Assembly (NCBI GenBank): GCA_964016885.1
Contig: OZ024740.1
Location: 30,504,001-30,568,000, forward strand
Reading direction: 5' to 3'
Length of the DNA stretch: 64,000 nucleotides
Source of the DNA: Eledone cirrhosa
Taxonomy: Eukaryota
This document shows, one piece after another, positions 24,574 through 39,300 of this stretch. Below the pieces are notes generated by a model. It was not told the DNA's origin, did no database searches, and saw only the letters and a program-made list of their open reading frames with translations. Each line of letters opens with the position of its first letter. Positions within the stretch are counted from its first letter, which is position 1. Both the position numbers and the translations under genes were made by a program.

Positions 24574-24694
24574 TAATGCTCTGAGTTTTTGATTTTAATT
24601 TATTAATTCTTCATTGAGCTTAAAAGTGAACAGTTGCAACATATATATATCTTTAATTTAATTTTATGTATATGATAACCTTTATATATATATA

Positions 24695-25237
24695 TATAAT
24701 TGAATAAAAAAGAGAGATAAACACAGATATATACATATATGGCTTCGAATCGTAAGGGAGCAGCTTCGCTAGGGTGAAAAAAATACTAACTATGAACAAA
24801 AGAGTTTGCCAGACGCAATTTAAAAGAATAAATTAAGAAAAGAAATATAAACCGAAATTGCGACAACTGTCAGACACCCAGACAGCTTTTGGTAATGCCG
24901 TTTCGCAATTAAGTGATAGGGAATTACCAATTCTATTGCTCTCCAGTGGGTGTGAAATTAGTAGACCCTTCACCTCTAAGTATCTCAGAAGACTGAATGG
25001 TGTGCGTATATAAAATAACGCACATGGCATCCAATATTACCAAAAGCTGTCTGGGTGTCTGATAGTTGTCACAATTTCGGTTTGTATTTTTTTTCTTAAT
25101 TTATTCTTTTAAATTGAGTCTTGCAAACCCTATTGTTCATAATTAGTATTTTTTTCACCCAAGCGAATCTGGTCCCTTACGATTTGAACACATATATGTA
25201 TGTATCTGTGTTTATCTCTCTTTTATATTCAATTATA
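24695..25237. repeat. About 200-bp diverged inverted repeat
   Basis: 24695-24896 versus 25036-25237, with multiple substitutions. Confidence 0.75.
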
Positions 25238-25318
25238 TTACACGGCCCGGAAAAAATTCTTTCCTTGAGCTATTTAATTGTAAGAGACTATTTTGGGGTT
25301 TAATTCAATAAATATCTT

Positions 25319-25358
<40 letters not shown>

Positions 25359-25458
25359 AAGATATATATTGAATTAAACCCCCAAATAGTCTCTTACAAT
25401 TATATATATATATATAATTGTAAGAGACTATTTTGGGGTTTAATTCAATATATATCTT

Positions 25459-25527
<69 letters not shown>

Positions 25528-26015
25528 GAGAGAGAGAGAAAGAGAGAGAAGTTATCCTCAAAGTTGAAACCTGCTTTAAATACTAGCCACAAAGTTTAAT
25601 CATTTGAAAGCCATGTGGTTTTGTTAAATTGCTCCACAGACTAAGTCAACCACCCAAAAGGATGCAGCAGGATTTGAACTTAGAATATAAAAGGCCAGAA
25701 CAAATACTGTCGAATACTTTACCAACTCTGCCAGTCCACCATTTTCGATTCATATTATATTTCATTGTTACAAAATGGTGAAAGGCAAAAATGATTCTTA
25801 GCAAGATTTGAACTTGCATGGCGCAATATGTTGCAGATCGATATTTAACCACGCCATTGCTCCTCGATTGTGATATTAAATGAAACAATTTAAAAATTCA
25901 TTAAGAAACGAAAGAAAAAGAAAAAAGGTTATTTTTTTACTGACCTTACATACGTCTTCACTTCAAACGGTGGCTTCACTGAACTATTTGGTATATCCAC
26001 ATCTAAAAGTATATT

Positions 26016-26254
26016 AAAAAAGAAAAAAGAAAAAGAAAAAAGAAAAAAGAAAAAAGAAAAAAGAAAAAAGAAAAAAGAAAAAAAGAAAAAAGAAAAAAAG
26101 AAAAAAGAAAAAGAAAAAGAAAAAAGAAAAAAGAAAAAAGAAAAAAGAAAAAAGAAAAAAGAAAAAAGAAAAAAAGAAAAAAGAAAAAAGAAAAAAGAAA
26201 AAAGAAAAAAGAAAAAAGAAAAAAGAAAAAAGAAAAAAGAAAAAAGAAAGAAAA
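26016..26254. repeat. (GAAAAAA)n-type purine microsatellite
   Basis: Directly visible. Confidence 0.95.
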
Positions 26255-26383
26255 ATTGTTAGTTTGAAAGAAATATACCGTTTATATTGGTGTATCAATC
26301 GCATTTTCCCCCTGCGAAAATGCTACGCTACACAGCATTGTGTCTGATGCTCTACCGATTCTGCCAATCTACCGTAAAAATAA

Positions 26384-26591
26384 TGGTTTTTTATTTAGGC
26401 ACAAGGCCAACAATTTTGGAGGGAGGGGAAAATCAATTAAATTGATACCAGTGCGTTACTGGTACTTTATTTTATCAACCCCGTAAGAATGGAAGGTAAA
26501 GCTAACCTCGGCGGGATTTGAACTCTGATCATAAAGGCATGTAACTCTATGCCACAAAGCAGGTTATCTGACGCTTCTATTCCACCGACCT
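26384..26591 (-). mobile_element. tRNA-derived SINE with a 12-bp TSD
   Basis: CCGTAAAAATAA at 26372-26383 and 26592-26603; reverse complement of the 5081 family. Confidence 0.8.
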
Positions 26592-26664
26592 CCGTAAAAA
26601 TAACAACAATCATTCGGGATAACAAAAAACATTTCAGCGCAACTAACTCATTTCATAAACATTA

Positions 26665-26852
26665 ATTGTTTCTACGTTAGGCACAAGGCCAGCAATTACC
26701 CAGTGTATTACTGGTACTTTATTTTATCGACCCCGTAAGGATGAAAGGCAAAGTTAACCTCGGCGGGATTTGAACTCAGAATGGCAATGGCCGTAACTCT
26801 ATGCGCCAAAGCATGGCATCCGACACTCTACCAATACTTCCAAACCACCGCC
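26665..26852 (-). mobile_element. tRNA-derived SINE, full length
   Basis: Same family; ATAAACATTA on both sides (26655 and 26854). Confidence 0.85.
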
Positions 26853-27105
26853 TATAAACATTATAAACATTAATGCAGGGGACATTACTCGAATCTAATT
26901 AACGACAAAACGTTAAGGGAGGTAACTCCGCTTTAATGGCTACGATACTAGAAGTGATGTAATTATAAAGTGAAATAAAACAATTATAAGGGAGATAACT
27001 CTAAGAGATTTAACAATTTTGAAAATGCTCAGAGCAGAATAAGTAGAGCGTCAGATAAAACGCTTTGTTGTAGTTCTTCTCGTTCTTTACGTTCTGCGAT
27101 CAAAT

Positions 27106-27343
27106 TCTTTTTCTTCGTTCACTTATTCCTGAAAGGGTCATGAGGACAGAGTCCTCAAACATTCCTTCCAGCAGGTCCTCTCAGAATCAACCATCTCCAA
27201 CTGAACCAACCATCTCAGGGTCTACCCTTCAGTCTCCTCCTGCCAGGTGGTTTTGCCCGTAAAATCTGTCCGGTGATACTTTTCTGAGACATTCTAACCA
27301 CATGTTGATAGTATCGGAGCTGTGATCTCTCAATTCAGAGATT
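27106..27343 (-). mobile_element. RTE-clade LINE 3' end, continuous with the first satellite monomer
   Basis: Minus strand reads L*IERSQLRYYQHVVRMSQKSITGQILRAKPPGRRRLKGRP, matching the RTE/Expander C-terminal pattern IERSQLRWxGHxxRM...GxRPRGRP. Confidence 0.82.
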
Positions 27344-30300
27344 CTTTTCTGAGACATTCTAACCACATGTTGATAGTATCGGAGCTGTGACCTCTCAATT
27401 CAGAGATTCTTTTCTGAGACATTCTAACCACATGTTGATAGTATCGGAGCTGTGATCTCTCAATTCAGAGATTCTTTTCTGAGACATTCTAACCACATGT
27501 TGATAGTATCGGAGCTGTGACCTCTCAATTCAGAGATTCATTTCTGAGACATTCTAACCACATGTTGATAGTATCGGAGCTGTGATCTCTCAATTCAGAG
27601 ATTCTTTTCTGAGACATTCTAACCACATGTTGATAGTATCGGAGCTGTGATCTCTCAATTCAGAGATTCTTTTCTGAGACATTCTAACCACATGTTGATA
27701 GTATCGGAGCTGTGATCTCTCAATTCAGAGATTCTTTTCTGAGACATTCTAACCACATGTTGATAGTATCGGAGCTGTGATCTCTCAATTCAGAGATTCT
27801 TTTCTGAGACATTCTAACCACATGTTGATAGTATCGGAGCTGTGATCTCTCAATTCAGAGATTCTTTTCTGAGACATTCTAACCACATGTTGATAGTATC
27901 GGAGCTGTGATCTCTCAATTCAGAGATTCTTTTCTGAGACATTCTAACCACATGTTGATAGTATGGGAGCTGTGATCTCTCAATTCAGAGATTCTTTTCT
28001 GAGACATTCTAATCACATGTTGATAGTATCGGAGCTGTGATCTCTCAATTCAGAGATTCTTTTCTGAGACATTCTAACCACATGTTGATAGTATCGGAGC
28101 TGTGATCTCTCAATTCAGAGATTCTTTTCTGAGACATTCTAACCACATGTTGATAGTATCGGAGCTGTGATCTCTCAATTCAGAGATTCTTTTCTGAGAC
28201 ATTCTAACCACATGTTGATAGTATCGGAGCTGTGATCTCTCAATTCAGAGATTCTTTTCTGAGACATTCTAACCACATGTTGATAGTATCGGAGCTGTGA
28301 TCTCTCAATTCAGAGATTCTTTTCTGAGACATTCTAACCACATGTTGATAGTATCGGAGCTGTGATCTCTCAATTCAGAGATTCTTTTCTGAGACATTCT
28401 AACCACATGTTGATAGTATCGGAGCTGTGACCTCTCAATTCAGAGATTCATTTCTGAGACATTCTAACCACATGTTGATAGTATCGGAGCTGTGATCTCT
28501 CAATTCAGAGATTCTTTTCTGAGACATTCTAACCACATGTTGATAGTATCGGAGCTGTGATCTCTCAATTCAGAGATTCTTTTCTGAGACATTCTAACCA
28601 CATGTTGATAGTATCGGAGCTGTGATCTCTCAATTCAGAGATTCTTTTCTGAGACATTCTAACCACATGTTGATAGTATCGGAGCTGTGATCTCTCAATT
28701 CAGAGATTCTTTTCTGAGACATTCTAACCACATGTTGATAGTATCGGAGCTGTGATCTCTCAATTCAGAGATTCTTTTCTGAGACATTCTAACCACATGT
28801 TGATAGTATCGGAGCTGTGATCTCTCAATTCAGAGATTCTTTTCTGAGACATTCTAACCAGATGTTGATAGTATCGGAGCTGTGATCTCTCAATTCAGAG
28901 ATTCTTTTCTGAGACATTCTAACCACATGTTGATAGTATCGGAGCTGTGATCTCTCAATTCAGAGATTCTTTTCTGAGACATTCTAACCACATGTTGATA
29001 GTATCGGAGCTGTGATCTCTCAATTCAGAGATTCTTTTCTGAGACATTCTAACCACATGTTGATAGTATCAGAGTTGTGACCTCTCAATTCAGAGATTCT
29101 TTTCTGAGACATTCTAACCACACGTTGATAGTATCAGAGTTGTGACCTCTCAATTCAGAGATTCTTTTCTGAGACATTCTAACCACATGTTGATAGTATC
29201 GGAGTTGTGACCTTTCAATTCAGAGATTCTTTTCTGAGACATTTTAACCACATGTTGATAGTATCGGAGCTGTGATCTCTCAATTCAGAGATTCTTTTCT
29301 GAGACATTCTAACCACATGTTGATAGTATCGGAGCTGAGACCTTTCAATTCAGAGATTCTTTTCTGAGACATTCTAACCACATGTTGATAGTATCGGAGC
29401 TGTGACCTCTCAATTCAGAGATTCTTTTCTGAGACATTCTAACCACATGTTGATAGTATCGGAGCTGTAAACTCTCAATTCAGAGATACTTTCCTGAGAC
29501 ATTCTAACCACATGTTGATAGTATCGGAGCTGTGATCTCTCAATTCAGAGATTCTTTTCTGAGACATTCTAACCACATGTTGATAGTATCGGAGCTGTGA
29601 TCTCTCAATTCAGAGATTCTTTTCTGAGACATTCTAACCACATGTTGATAGTATCGGAGCTGTGATCTCTCAATTCAGAGATTCTTTTCTGAGACATTCT
29701 AACCACATGTTGATAGTATCGGAGCTGTGATCACTCAATTCAGATATTCTTTTCTGAGACATTCTAACCACATGTTGATAGTATCGGAGCTGTGATCTCT
29801 CAATACAGAGATTCTTTTCTGAGACATTCTAACCACATGTTGATAGTATCGGAGCTGTGACCTCTCAATTCAGAGATTCTTTTCTGAGACATTCTAACCA
29901 GATGTTGATAGTATCGGAGCTGTGACCTCTCAATTCAGACATAGTTTTCTGAGACATTCTAACCACATGTTGATATTATCGGAGCTGTGATCTCTCAATT
30001 CAGAGATTCTTTTCTGAGACATTCTAACCACATGTTGATAGTGTGGGAGCTGTGACCTCTCAATTCAGAGATTCTTTTCTGAGACATTTTAACCACATGT
30101 TGATAGTATCGGAGCTGTGATCACTCAATTCAGAGATTCTTTTCTGAGACATTTTAACCAGATGTTGATAGTGTGGGAGCTGTGACCTCTCAATTCAGAG
30201 ATTCTTTTCTGAGACATTTTAACCACATGTTGATAGTATCGGAGCTGTGACCTCTCAATTCAGAGATTCTTTTCTGAGACATTCTAACCACATGTTGATA

Positions 30301-33300
30301 GTATCGGAGCTGTGACCTCTCAATTCAGAGATTCTTTCCTGAGACATTCTAACCACATGTTGATAGTATCGGAGCTGAGACCTCTCAATTCAGAGATTCT
30401 TTTCTGAGACATTCTAACCACATGTTGATAGTATCGGAGCTGTGACCTCTCAATTCAGAGATTCTTTTCTGAGACATTCTAACAGAATGTTGATAGTATC
30501 GGAGCTGAGACCTCTCAATTCAGAGATTCTTTTCTGAGACATTCTAACCACATGTTGATAGCATCGGAGCTGAGACCTCTTAATTTAGACATTCTTTTCT
30601 GAGACATTTTAACAACATGTTGATAGTATCGGAGCTGTGACCTCTCAATTCAGAGATTCTTTTCTGAGACATTCTAACCACATGTTGATAGTATCGGAGC
30701 TGTGACCTCTCAATTCAGAGATTCTTTTCTGAGACATTCTAACCAGATGTTGATAGTATCGGAGCTGTGACCTCTCAATTCAGACATAGTTTTCTGAGAC
30801 ATTCTAACCACATGTTGATATTATCGGAGCTGTGATCTCTCAATTCAGAGATTCTTTTCTGAGACATTCTAACCACATGTTGATAGTGTGGGAGCTGTGA
30901 CCTCTCAATTCAGAGATTCTTTTCTGAGACATTTTAACCACATGTTGATAGTATCGGAGCTGTGATCACTCAATTCAGAGATTCTTTTCTGAGACATTTT
31001 AACCAGATGTTGATAGTGTGGGAGCTGTGACCTCTCAATTCAGAGATTCTTTTCTGAGACATTTTAACCACATGTTGATAGTATCGGAGCTGTGACCTCT
31101 CAATTCAGAGATTCTTTTCTGAGACATTCTAACCACATGTTGATAGTATCGGAGCTGTGACCTCTCAATTCAGAGATTCTTTCCTGAGACATTCTAACCA
31201 CATGTTGATAGTATCGGAGCTGAGACCTCTCAATTCAGAGATTCTTTTCTGAGACATTCTAACCACATGTTGATAGTATCGGAGCTGTGACCTCTCAATT
31301 CAGAGATTCTTTTCTGAGACATTCTAACAGAATGTTGATAGTATCGGAGCTGAGACCTCTCAATTCAGAGATTCTTTTCTGAGACATTCTAACCACATGT
31401 TGATAGCATCGGAGCTGAGACCTCTTAATTTAGACATTCTTTTCTGAGACATTTTAACAACATGTTGATAGTATCGGAGCTGTGACCTCTCAATTCAGAG
31501 ATTCTTTTCTGAGACATTCTAACCACATGTTGATAGTATCGGAGCTGTGACCTCTCAATTCAGAGATTCTTTCCTGAGACATTCTAACAGAATGTTGATA
31601 GTATCGGAGCTGTGACCTCTCAATTCAGAGATTCTTTTCTGAGACATTCTAACCACATGTCGATAGTATCGGAGCTGTAACCGCTAATTCAGAGATTCTT
31701 TTCTGAGACGTTCTAACCCCATGTCGATAGTATCGGAGCTGTAACCTCTAATTCAGAGATTCTTTTCTGAGACATTCTAACCACATGTTGATAGTATCGG
31801 AGCTGTGACCTCTCAATTCACAGATTCTTTTCTGAGACATTCTAACAGAATGTTGATAGTATCGGAGCTGTGATCTCTCAATTCAGAGATTCTTTTCTGA
31901 GACATTCTAACCACATGTTGATAGTATCGGAGCTGTGACCTCTAATTCAGAGATTCTTTTCTGAGACATTCTAACCACATGTTGATAGTATCGGAGCTGT
32001 GACCTCTCAATTCAGAGATTCTTTTCTGAGACATTCTAACCACATGTCGATAGTATCGGAGCTGAGACCTCTCAATTCAGAGATTCTTTTCTGAGACATT
32101 CTAACCACATGTCGATAGTATCGGAGCTGTAACCGCTAATTCAGAGATTCTTTTCTGAGACGTTCTAACCCCATGTCGATAGTATCGGAGCTGTAACCTC
32201 TAATTCAGAGATTCTTTTCTGAGACATTCTAACCACATGTTGATAGTATCGGAGCTGTGACCTCTCAATTCACAGATTCTTTTCTGAGACATTCTAACAG
32301 AATGTTGATAGTATCGGAGCTGTGATCTCTCAATTCAGAGATTCTTTTCTGAGACATTCTAACCACATGTTGATAGTATCGGAGCTGTGACCTCTAATTC
32401 AGAGATTCTTTTCTGAGACATTCTAACCACATGTTGATAGTATCGGAGCTGTGACCTCTCAATTCAGAGATTCTTTTCTGAGACATTCTAACCACATGTT
32501 GATAGTATCGGAGCTGTGACCTCTTAATTCAGAGATTCTTTCCTTAGACATTCTAACCACATGTTGATAGTATCGGAGCTGTGACCTCTCAATTCAGAGA
32601 TTCTTTTCTTAGACATTCTAACCACATGTTGATAGTATCGGAGCTGTGACCTCTCAATTCAGAGATTCTTTTCTTAGACATTCTAACCACATGTTGATAG
32701 TATCGGTGCTGTGACCTCTCAATTCAGAGATTCTTTCCTTAGACATTCTAACCACATGTTGATAGTATCGGAGCTGTGACCTCTCAATTCAGAGATTCTT
32801 TTCTTAGACATTCTAACCACATGTTGATAGTATCGAAGCTGTGACCTCTAATTCAGAGATTCTTTTCTTAGACATTCTAACCACATGTTGAGAGTATCGA
32901 AGCTGTGACCTCTCAATTCAGAGATTCTTTTCAGAGACATTCTAACCACATGTTGATAGTATCGGAGCTGTGACCTCTCACTTCATAGATTCTTTTCTGA
33001 GATATTCTAACCACATGTTGATAGTATCGGAGCTGTGACCTCTCAATTCAGAGATTCTTTCCTGAGACATTCTAACCACATGTTGATAGTATCGGAGCTG
33101 TGACCTCTCAATTCAGAGATTCTTTTCTGAGACATTCTAACCACATGTTGATAGTATCGAAGCTGTGACCTCTCAATTGACAGATTCTTTTCTGAGATAT
33201 TCTAACCACATGTTGATAGTATCGGAGCTGTGACCTCTCAATTCAGAGATTCTTTTCTGAGACATTCTAACCACATGTTGATAGTATCGGAGCTGTGACC

Positions 33301-36300
33301 TCTCAATTCATAGATTCTTTTCTGAGATATTCTAACCACATGTTGATAGTATCGGAGCTGTGACCTCTCAATACAGAGATTCTTTTCTGAGATATTCTAA
33401 CCACATGTTGATAGTATCGGAGCTGTGACCTCTCAATTCAGAGATTCTTTTCTGAGATATTCTAACCACATGTTGATAGTATCGGAGCTGTGACCTCTCA
33501 ATTCAGAGATTCTTTTCTGAGACATTCTAACCACATGTTGATAGTATCGGAGCTGTGACCTCTCAATTCATAGATTCTTTTCTGAGATATTCTAACCACA
33601 TGTTGATAGTATCGGAGCTGTGATCTCTCAATTCAGAGATTCTTTTCTGAGACATTCTAACCACATGTTGATAGTATCGGAGCTGTGACCTCTCACTTCA
33701 TAGATTCTTTTCTGAGACATTCTAACCACATGTTGATAGTATCGGAGCTGTGACCTCTCAATTCAGAGATTCTTTTCTGAGATATTCTAACCACATGTTG
33801 ATTGTATCGGAGCTGTGACCTCTCAATTCATAGATTCTTTTCTGAGACATTCTAACCACATGTTGATAGTATCGGAGTTGTGACCTCTCAATTCAGAGAT
33901 TCTTTTCTGAGATATTCTAACCACATGTTGATAGTATCGGAGCTGTGACCTCTCAATTCAGAGATTCTTTTCTGAGACATTCTAACCACATGATGATAGT
34001 ATCGGAGCTGTGACCTCTCAATTCATAGATTCTTTTCTGAGACATTCTAACCACATGTTGATAGTATCGGAGTTGTGACCTCTCAATTCATAGATTCTTT
34101 TCTGAGATATTCTAACCACATGTTGATAGTATCGGAGTTGTGACCTCTCAATTCAGAGATTCTTTTCTGAGACATTCTAACCACATGTTGATAGTATCGG
34201 AGTTGTGACCTCTCAATTCAAAGATTCTTTTCTGAGACATTCTAACCACATGTTGATAGTATCGGAGCTGTGACCTCTCAATTCAGAGATTCTTTCCTGA
34301 GACATTCTAACCACATGTTGATAGTATCGGAGCTGTGACCTCTCAATTCATAGATTCTTTTCTGAGATATTCTAACCACATGTTGATAGTATCGGAGCTG
34401 TGACCTCTCAATTCATAGATTCTTTTCTGAGATATTCTAACCCCATGTTGATAGTATCGGAGCTGTGATCTCTCAATTCAGAGATTCTTTTCTGAGATAT
34501 TCTAACCACATGTTGATAGTATCGAAGCTGTGACCTCTCAATTCAGATATTCTTTTCTGAGACATTCTAACCACATGTTGATAGTATCGAAGCTGTGACC
34601 TCTCAATTCAGAGATTCTTTTCTGAGACATTCTAACCACATGTTGATAGTATCGGAGCTGTGACCTCTCAATTCAGAGATTCTTTTCTGAGATATTCTAA
34701 CCACATGTTGATAGTATCGAAGCTGTGACCTCTCAATTCAGATATTCTTTTCTGAGACATTCTAACCACATGTTGATAGTATCGAAGCTGTGACCTCTCA
34801 ATTCAGAGATTCTTTTCTGAGACATTCTAACCACATGTTGATAGTATCGGAGCTGTGATCTCTCAATTCAGAGATTCTTTTCTGAGACATTCTAACCACA
34901 TGTTGATAGTATCGGAGCTGTGACCTCTCAATTCAGAGATTCTTTTCTGAGAACTTCTAACCACATGTTGATTGTATCGGAGCTGTGATCTCTCAATTCA
35001 CAGATTCTTTTACGAGACCTTCTAACCACATGTTGATAGTATCGGAGCTGTGACCTCTCAATTCACAGATTCTTTTCTGAGACCTTCTAACCACATGTTG
35101 ATAGTATCGGAGCTGTGACCTCTCAATTGACAGATTCTTTTCTGAGACATTCTAACCACATGTTGATAGTATCGGAGTTGTGACCTCTCAATTCAGAGAT
35201 TCTTTTCTGAGATATTCTAACCACATGTTGATAGTATCGGAGCTGTGACCTCTCAATTGACAGATTCTTTTCTGAGACATTCTAACCACATGTTGATAGT
35301 ATCGGAGCTGTGACCTCTCAATTCAGAGATTCTTTTCTGAGACATTCTAACCACATGATGATAGTATCGGAGCTGTGATCTCTCAATTCAGAGATTCTTT
35401 TCTGAGATATTCTAACCACATGTTGATAGTATCGGAGCTGTGACCTCTCAATTCAGAGATTCTTTTCTTAGACATTCTAACCACATGTTGATAGTATCGG
35501 AGCTGTGATCTCTCAATTCAGAGATTCTTTCCTGAGACATTCTAACCACATGTTGATAGTATCGGAGCTGTGATCTCTCAATTCAGACATTCTTTCCTGA
35601 GACATTCTAACCACATGTGATAGTATAGGAGCTGTGACCTCTCAATTCAGAGATTCTTTTCTGAGATATTCTAACCACATGTTGATAGTATAGGAGCTGT
35701 GACCTCTCAATTCAGAGATTCTTTTCTGAGACATTCTAACCACATGTTGATAGTATAGGAGCTGTGACCTCTCAATTCAGAGATTCTTTTCTGAGACATT
35801 CTAACCACATGTTGATAGTATCGTAGCTATGACCTCTCAATTCAGAGATTCTTTTCTGAGACATTCTAACCACATGTTGATAGTATCGGAGCTGTGATAT
35901 CTCAATTCAGAGATTCTTTTCTGAGACATTCTAACCACATGTTCATAGTATCGGAGCTGTGACCTCTCAATTCATAGATTCTTTTCTGAGACCTTCTACC
36001 CCCATGTTGATAGTATCGGAGCTGTGATCTCTCAATTCAGAGATTCTTTTCTGAGACATTCTAACCACATGTTGATAGTATCGGAGCTGTGACCTCTCAA
36101 TTTAGAGATTCTTTTGTGAGACATTCTAACCACATGTTGATGGTATCGGAGCTGTGACCTCTCAATTCAGAGATTCTTTTCTGAGACCTTCTACCCCCAT
36201 GTTGATAGTATCGGAGCTGTGATCTCTCAATTCAGAGATTCTTTTCTGAGACATTCTAACCACATGTTGATAGTATCGGAGCTGTGATCTCTCAATTCAG

Positions 36301-39300
36301 AGATTCTTTTCTGAGACATTCTAACCACATGTTGATAGTATCGGAGCTGTGACCTCTCAATTCAGAGATTCTTTTCTGAGATATTCTAACCACATGTTGA
36401 TAGTATCGAAGCTGTGATCTCTCAATTCAGAGATTCTTTTCTGAGACATTCTAACCACATGTTGATAGTATCGGAGCTGTGACCACTCAATTCAGATATT
36501 CTTTTCTGAGATATTCTAACCACTTGTTGTTAGTATCGGAGCTGTGACCTCTCAATTCACAGATTCTTTTACGAGACCTTCTAACCACATGTTGATAGTA
36601 TCGGAGCTGTGACCTCTCAATTGACAGATTCTTTTCTGAGACATTCTAACCACATGTTGATAGTATCGGAGCTGTGACCTCTCAATTCAGAGATTCTTTT
36701 CTGAGACATTCTAACCACATGTTGATAGTATCGGAGCTGCGACCTCTCAATTCAGATATTCTTTTCTGAGACATTCTAACCACATGTTGATAGTATCGGA
36801 GCTGTGACCTCTCAATTCACAGAATCTTTTACGAGACCTTCTAACCACATGTTGATAGTATCGGAGCTGTGACCTCTCAATTCAGAGATTCTTTTCTGAG
36901 ACATTCTAACCACATGTTGATAGTATCGGAGCTGTGACCTGTCAATTCAGAGATTCTTTTCTGAGACATTCTAACCACATGTTGATAGTATCGGAGCTGT
37001 GACCTCTCAATTCAGAGATTCTTTTCTGAGACATTCTAACCACATGATGATAGTATCGGAGCTGTGACCTCTCAATTCATAGATTCTTTTCTGAGACATT
37101 CTAACCACATGTTGATAGTATCGGAGCTGTGACCTCTCAATTTAGACATTCATTTCTGAGACATTCTAACCACATGTTGATAGTATCGGAGCTGTGATCT
37201 CTCAATTCAGAGATTCTTTTCTTAGACATTCTAACCACATGTTGATGGTATCGGAGCTGTGACCTCTCAATTCAGAGATTCTTTTCTGAGACATTCTAAC
37301 CACATGTTGATAGTATCGAAGCTGTGACCTCTCAATTCAGAGATTCTTTTCTGAGATATTCTAACCACATGTTGATAGTATCGGAGCTGTGACCTCTCAA
37401 TTCAGATATTCTTTTCTGAGATATTCTAACCACATGTTGATAGTATCGGAGCTGTGACCTCTCACTTCACAGATTCTTTTCTGAGACATTCTAAACACAT
37501 GTTGATAGTATCGGAGCTGTGACCTCTCAATTCACAGATTCTTTTCTGAGACATTCTAACCACATGTTGATAGTATCGGAGCTGTGACCTCTCAATTCAT
37601 AGATTCTTTTCTGAGACATTCTAACCACATGTTGATAGTATCGGAGCCGTGACCTCTCAATTCATAGATTCTTTTCTGAGATATTCTAACCACATGTTGA
37701 TAGTATCGGAGTTGTGACCTCTCAATTCAGAGATTCTTTTCTGAGACATTCTAACCACATGTTGATAGTATCGGAGTTGTGACCTCTCAATTCAAAGATT
37801 CTTTTCTGAGACATTCTAACCACATGTTGATAGTATCGGAGTTGTGACCTCTCAATTCATAGATTCTTTTCTGAGATATTCTAACCACATGTTGATAGTA
37901 TCGGAGTTGTGACCTCTCAATTCAGAGATTCTTTTCTGAGACATTCTAACCACATGTTGATAGTATCGGAGTTGTGACCTCTCAATTCAAAGATTCTTTT
38001 CTGAGACATTCTAACCACATGTTGATAGTATCGGAGCCGTGACCTCTCAATTCATAGATTCTTTTCTGAGATATTCTAACCACATGTTGATAGTATCGGA
38101 GCTGTGACCTCTCAATTCAGAGATTCTTTTCTGAGACCTTCTACCCCCATGTTGATAGTATCGGAGTTGTGACCTCTCAATTCATAGATTCTTTTCTGAG
38201 ATATTCTAACCACATGTTGATAGTATCGGAGCTGTGATCTCTCAATTCAGAGATTCTTTTCTGAGACATTCTAACCACATGATGATAGTATCGGAGCTGT
38301 GATCTCTCAATTCAGAGATTCTTTTCTGAGACATTCTAACCGCATGTTGATAGTATCGGAGTTGTGACCTCTCAATTCAGAGATTCTTTTCTGAGACATT
38401 CTAACCACATGTTGATAGTGTGGGAGCTGTGACCTCTCAATTCAGAGATTCTTTTCTGAGACATTTTAACCACATGTTGATAGTATCGGAGCTGTGATCA
38501 CTCAATTCAGAGATTCTTTTCTGAGACATTCTAACCAGATGTTGATAGTGTGGGAGCTGTGACCTCTCAATTCAGAGATTCTTTTCTGAGACATTTTAAC
38601 CACATGTTGATAGTATCGGAGCTGTGACCTCTCAATTCAGAGATTCTTTTCTGAGACATTCTAACCACATGTTGATAGTATCGGAGCTGTAACCTCTCAA
38701 TTCAGAGATTCTTTCCTGAGACATTCTAACCACATGTTGATAGTATCGGAGCTGAGACCTCTCAATTCAGAGATTCTTTTCTGAGACATTCTAACCACAT
38801 GTTGATAGTATCGGAGCTGTGACCTCTCAATTCAGAGATTCTTTTCTGAGACATTCTAACAAAATGTTGATAGTATCGGAGCTGAGACCTCTCAATTCAG
38901 AGATTCTTTTCTGAGACATTCTAACCACATGTTGATAGCATCGGAGCTGAGAATCTTAATTTAGACATTCTTTTCTGAGACATTTTAACCACATGTTGAT
39001 AGTATCGGAGCTGTGACCTCTCAATTCAGACATAGTTTTCTGAGACATTCTAAACACATGTTGATAGTATCGAAGCTGTGACCTCTCAATTCAGAGATTC
39101 TTTTCTGAGACATTCTAACCACATGTTCATAGTATCGGAGCTGTGACCTCTCAATTCATAGATTCTTTTCTGAGACCTTCTACCCCCATGTTGATAGTAT
39201 CGGAGCTGTGATCTCTCAATTCAGAGATTCTTTTCTGAGACATTCTAACCACATGTTGATAGTATCGGAGCTGTGACCTCTCAATTTAGAGATTCTTTTC

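Noticed and set aside
24540-24575. CTGATGA motif as a further hammerhead
   Set aside because: Followed by GACA rather than GAAA, with no convincing stem III or NUH triplet. The CTGATGA near 24215 also lacks GAAA.
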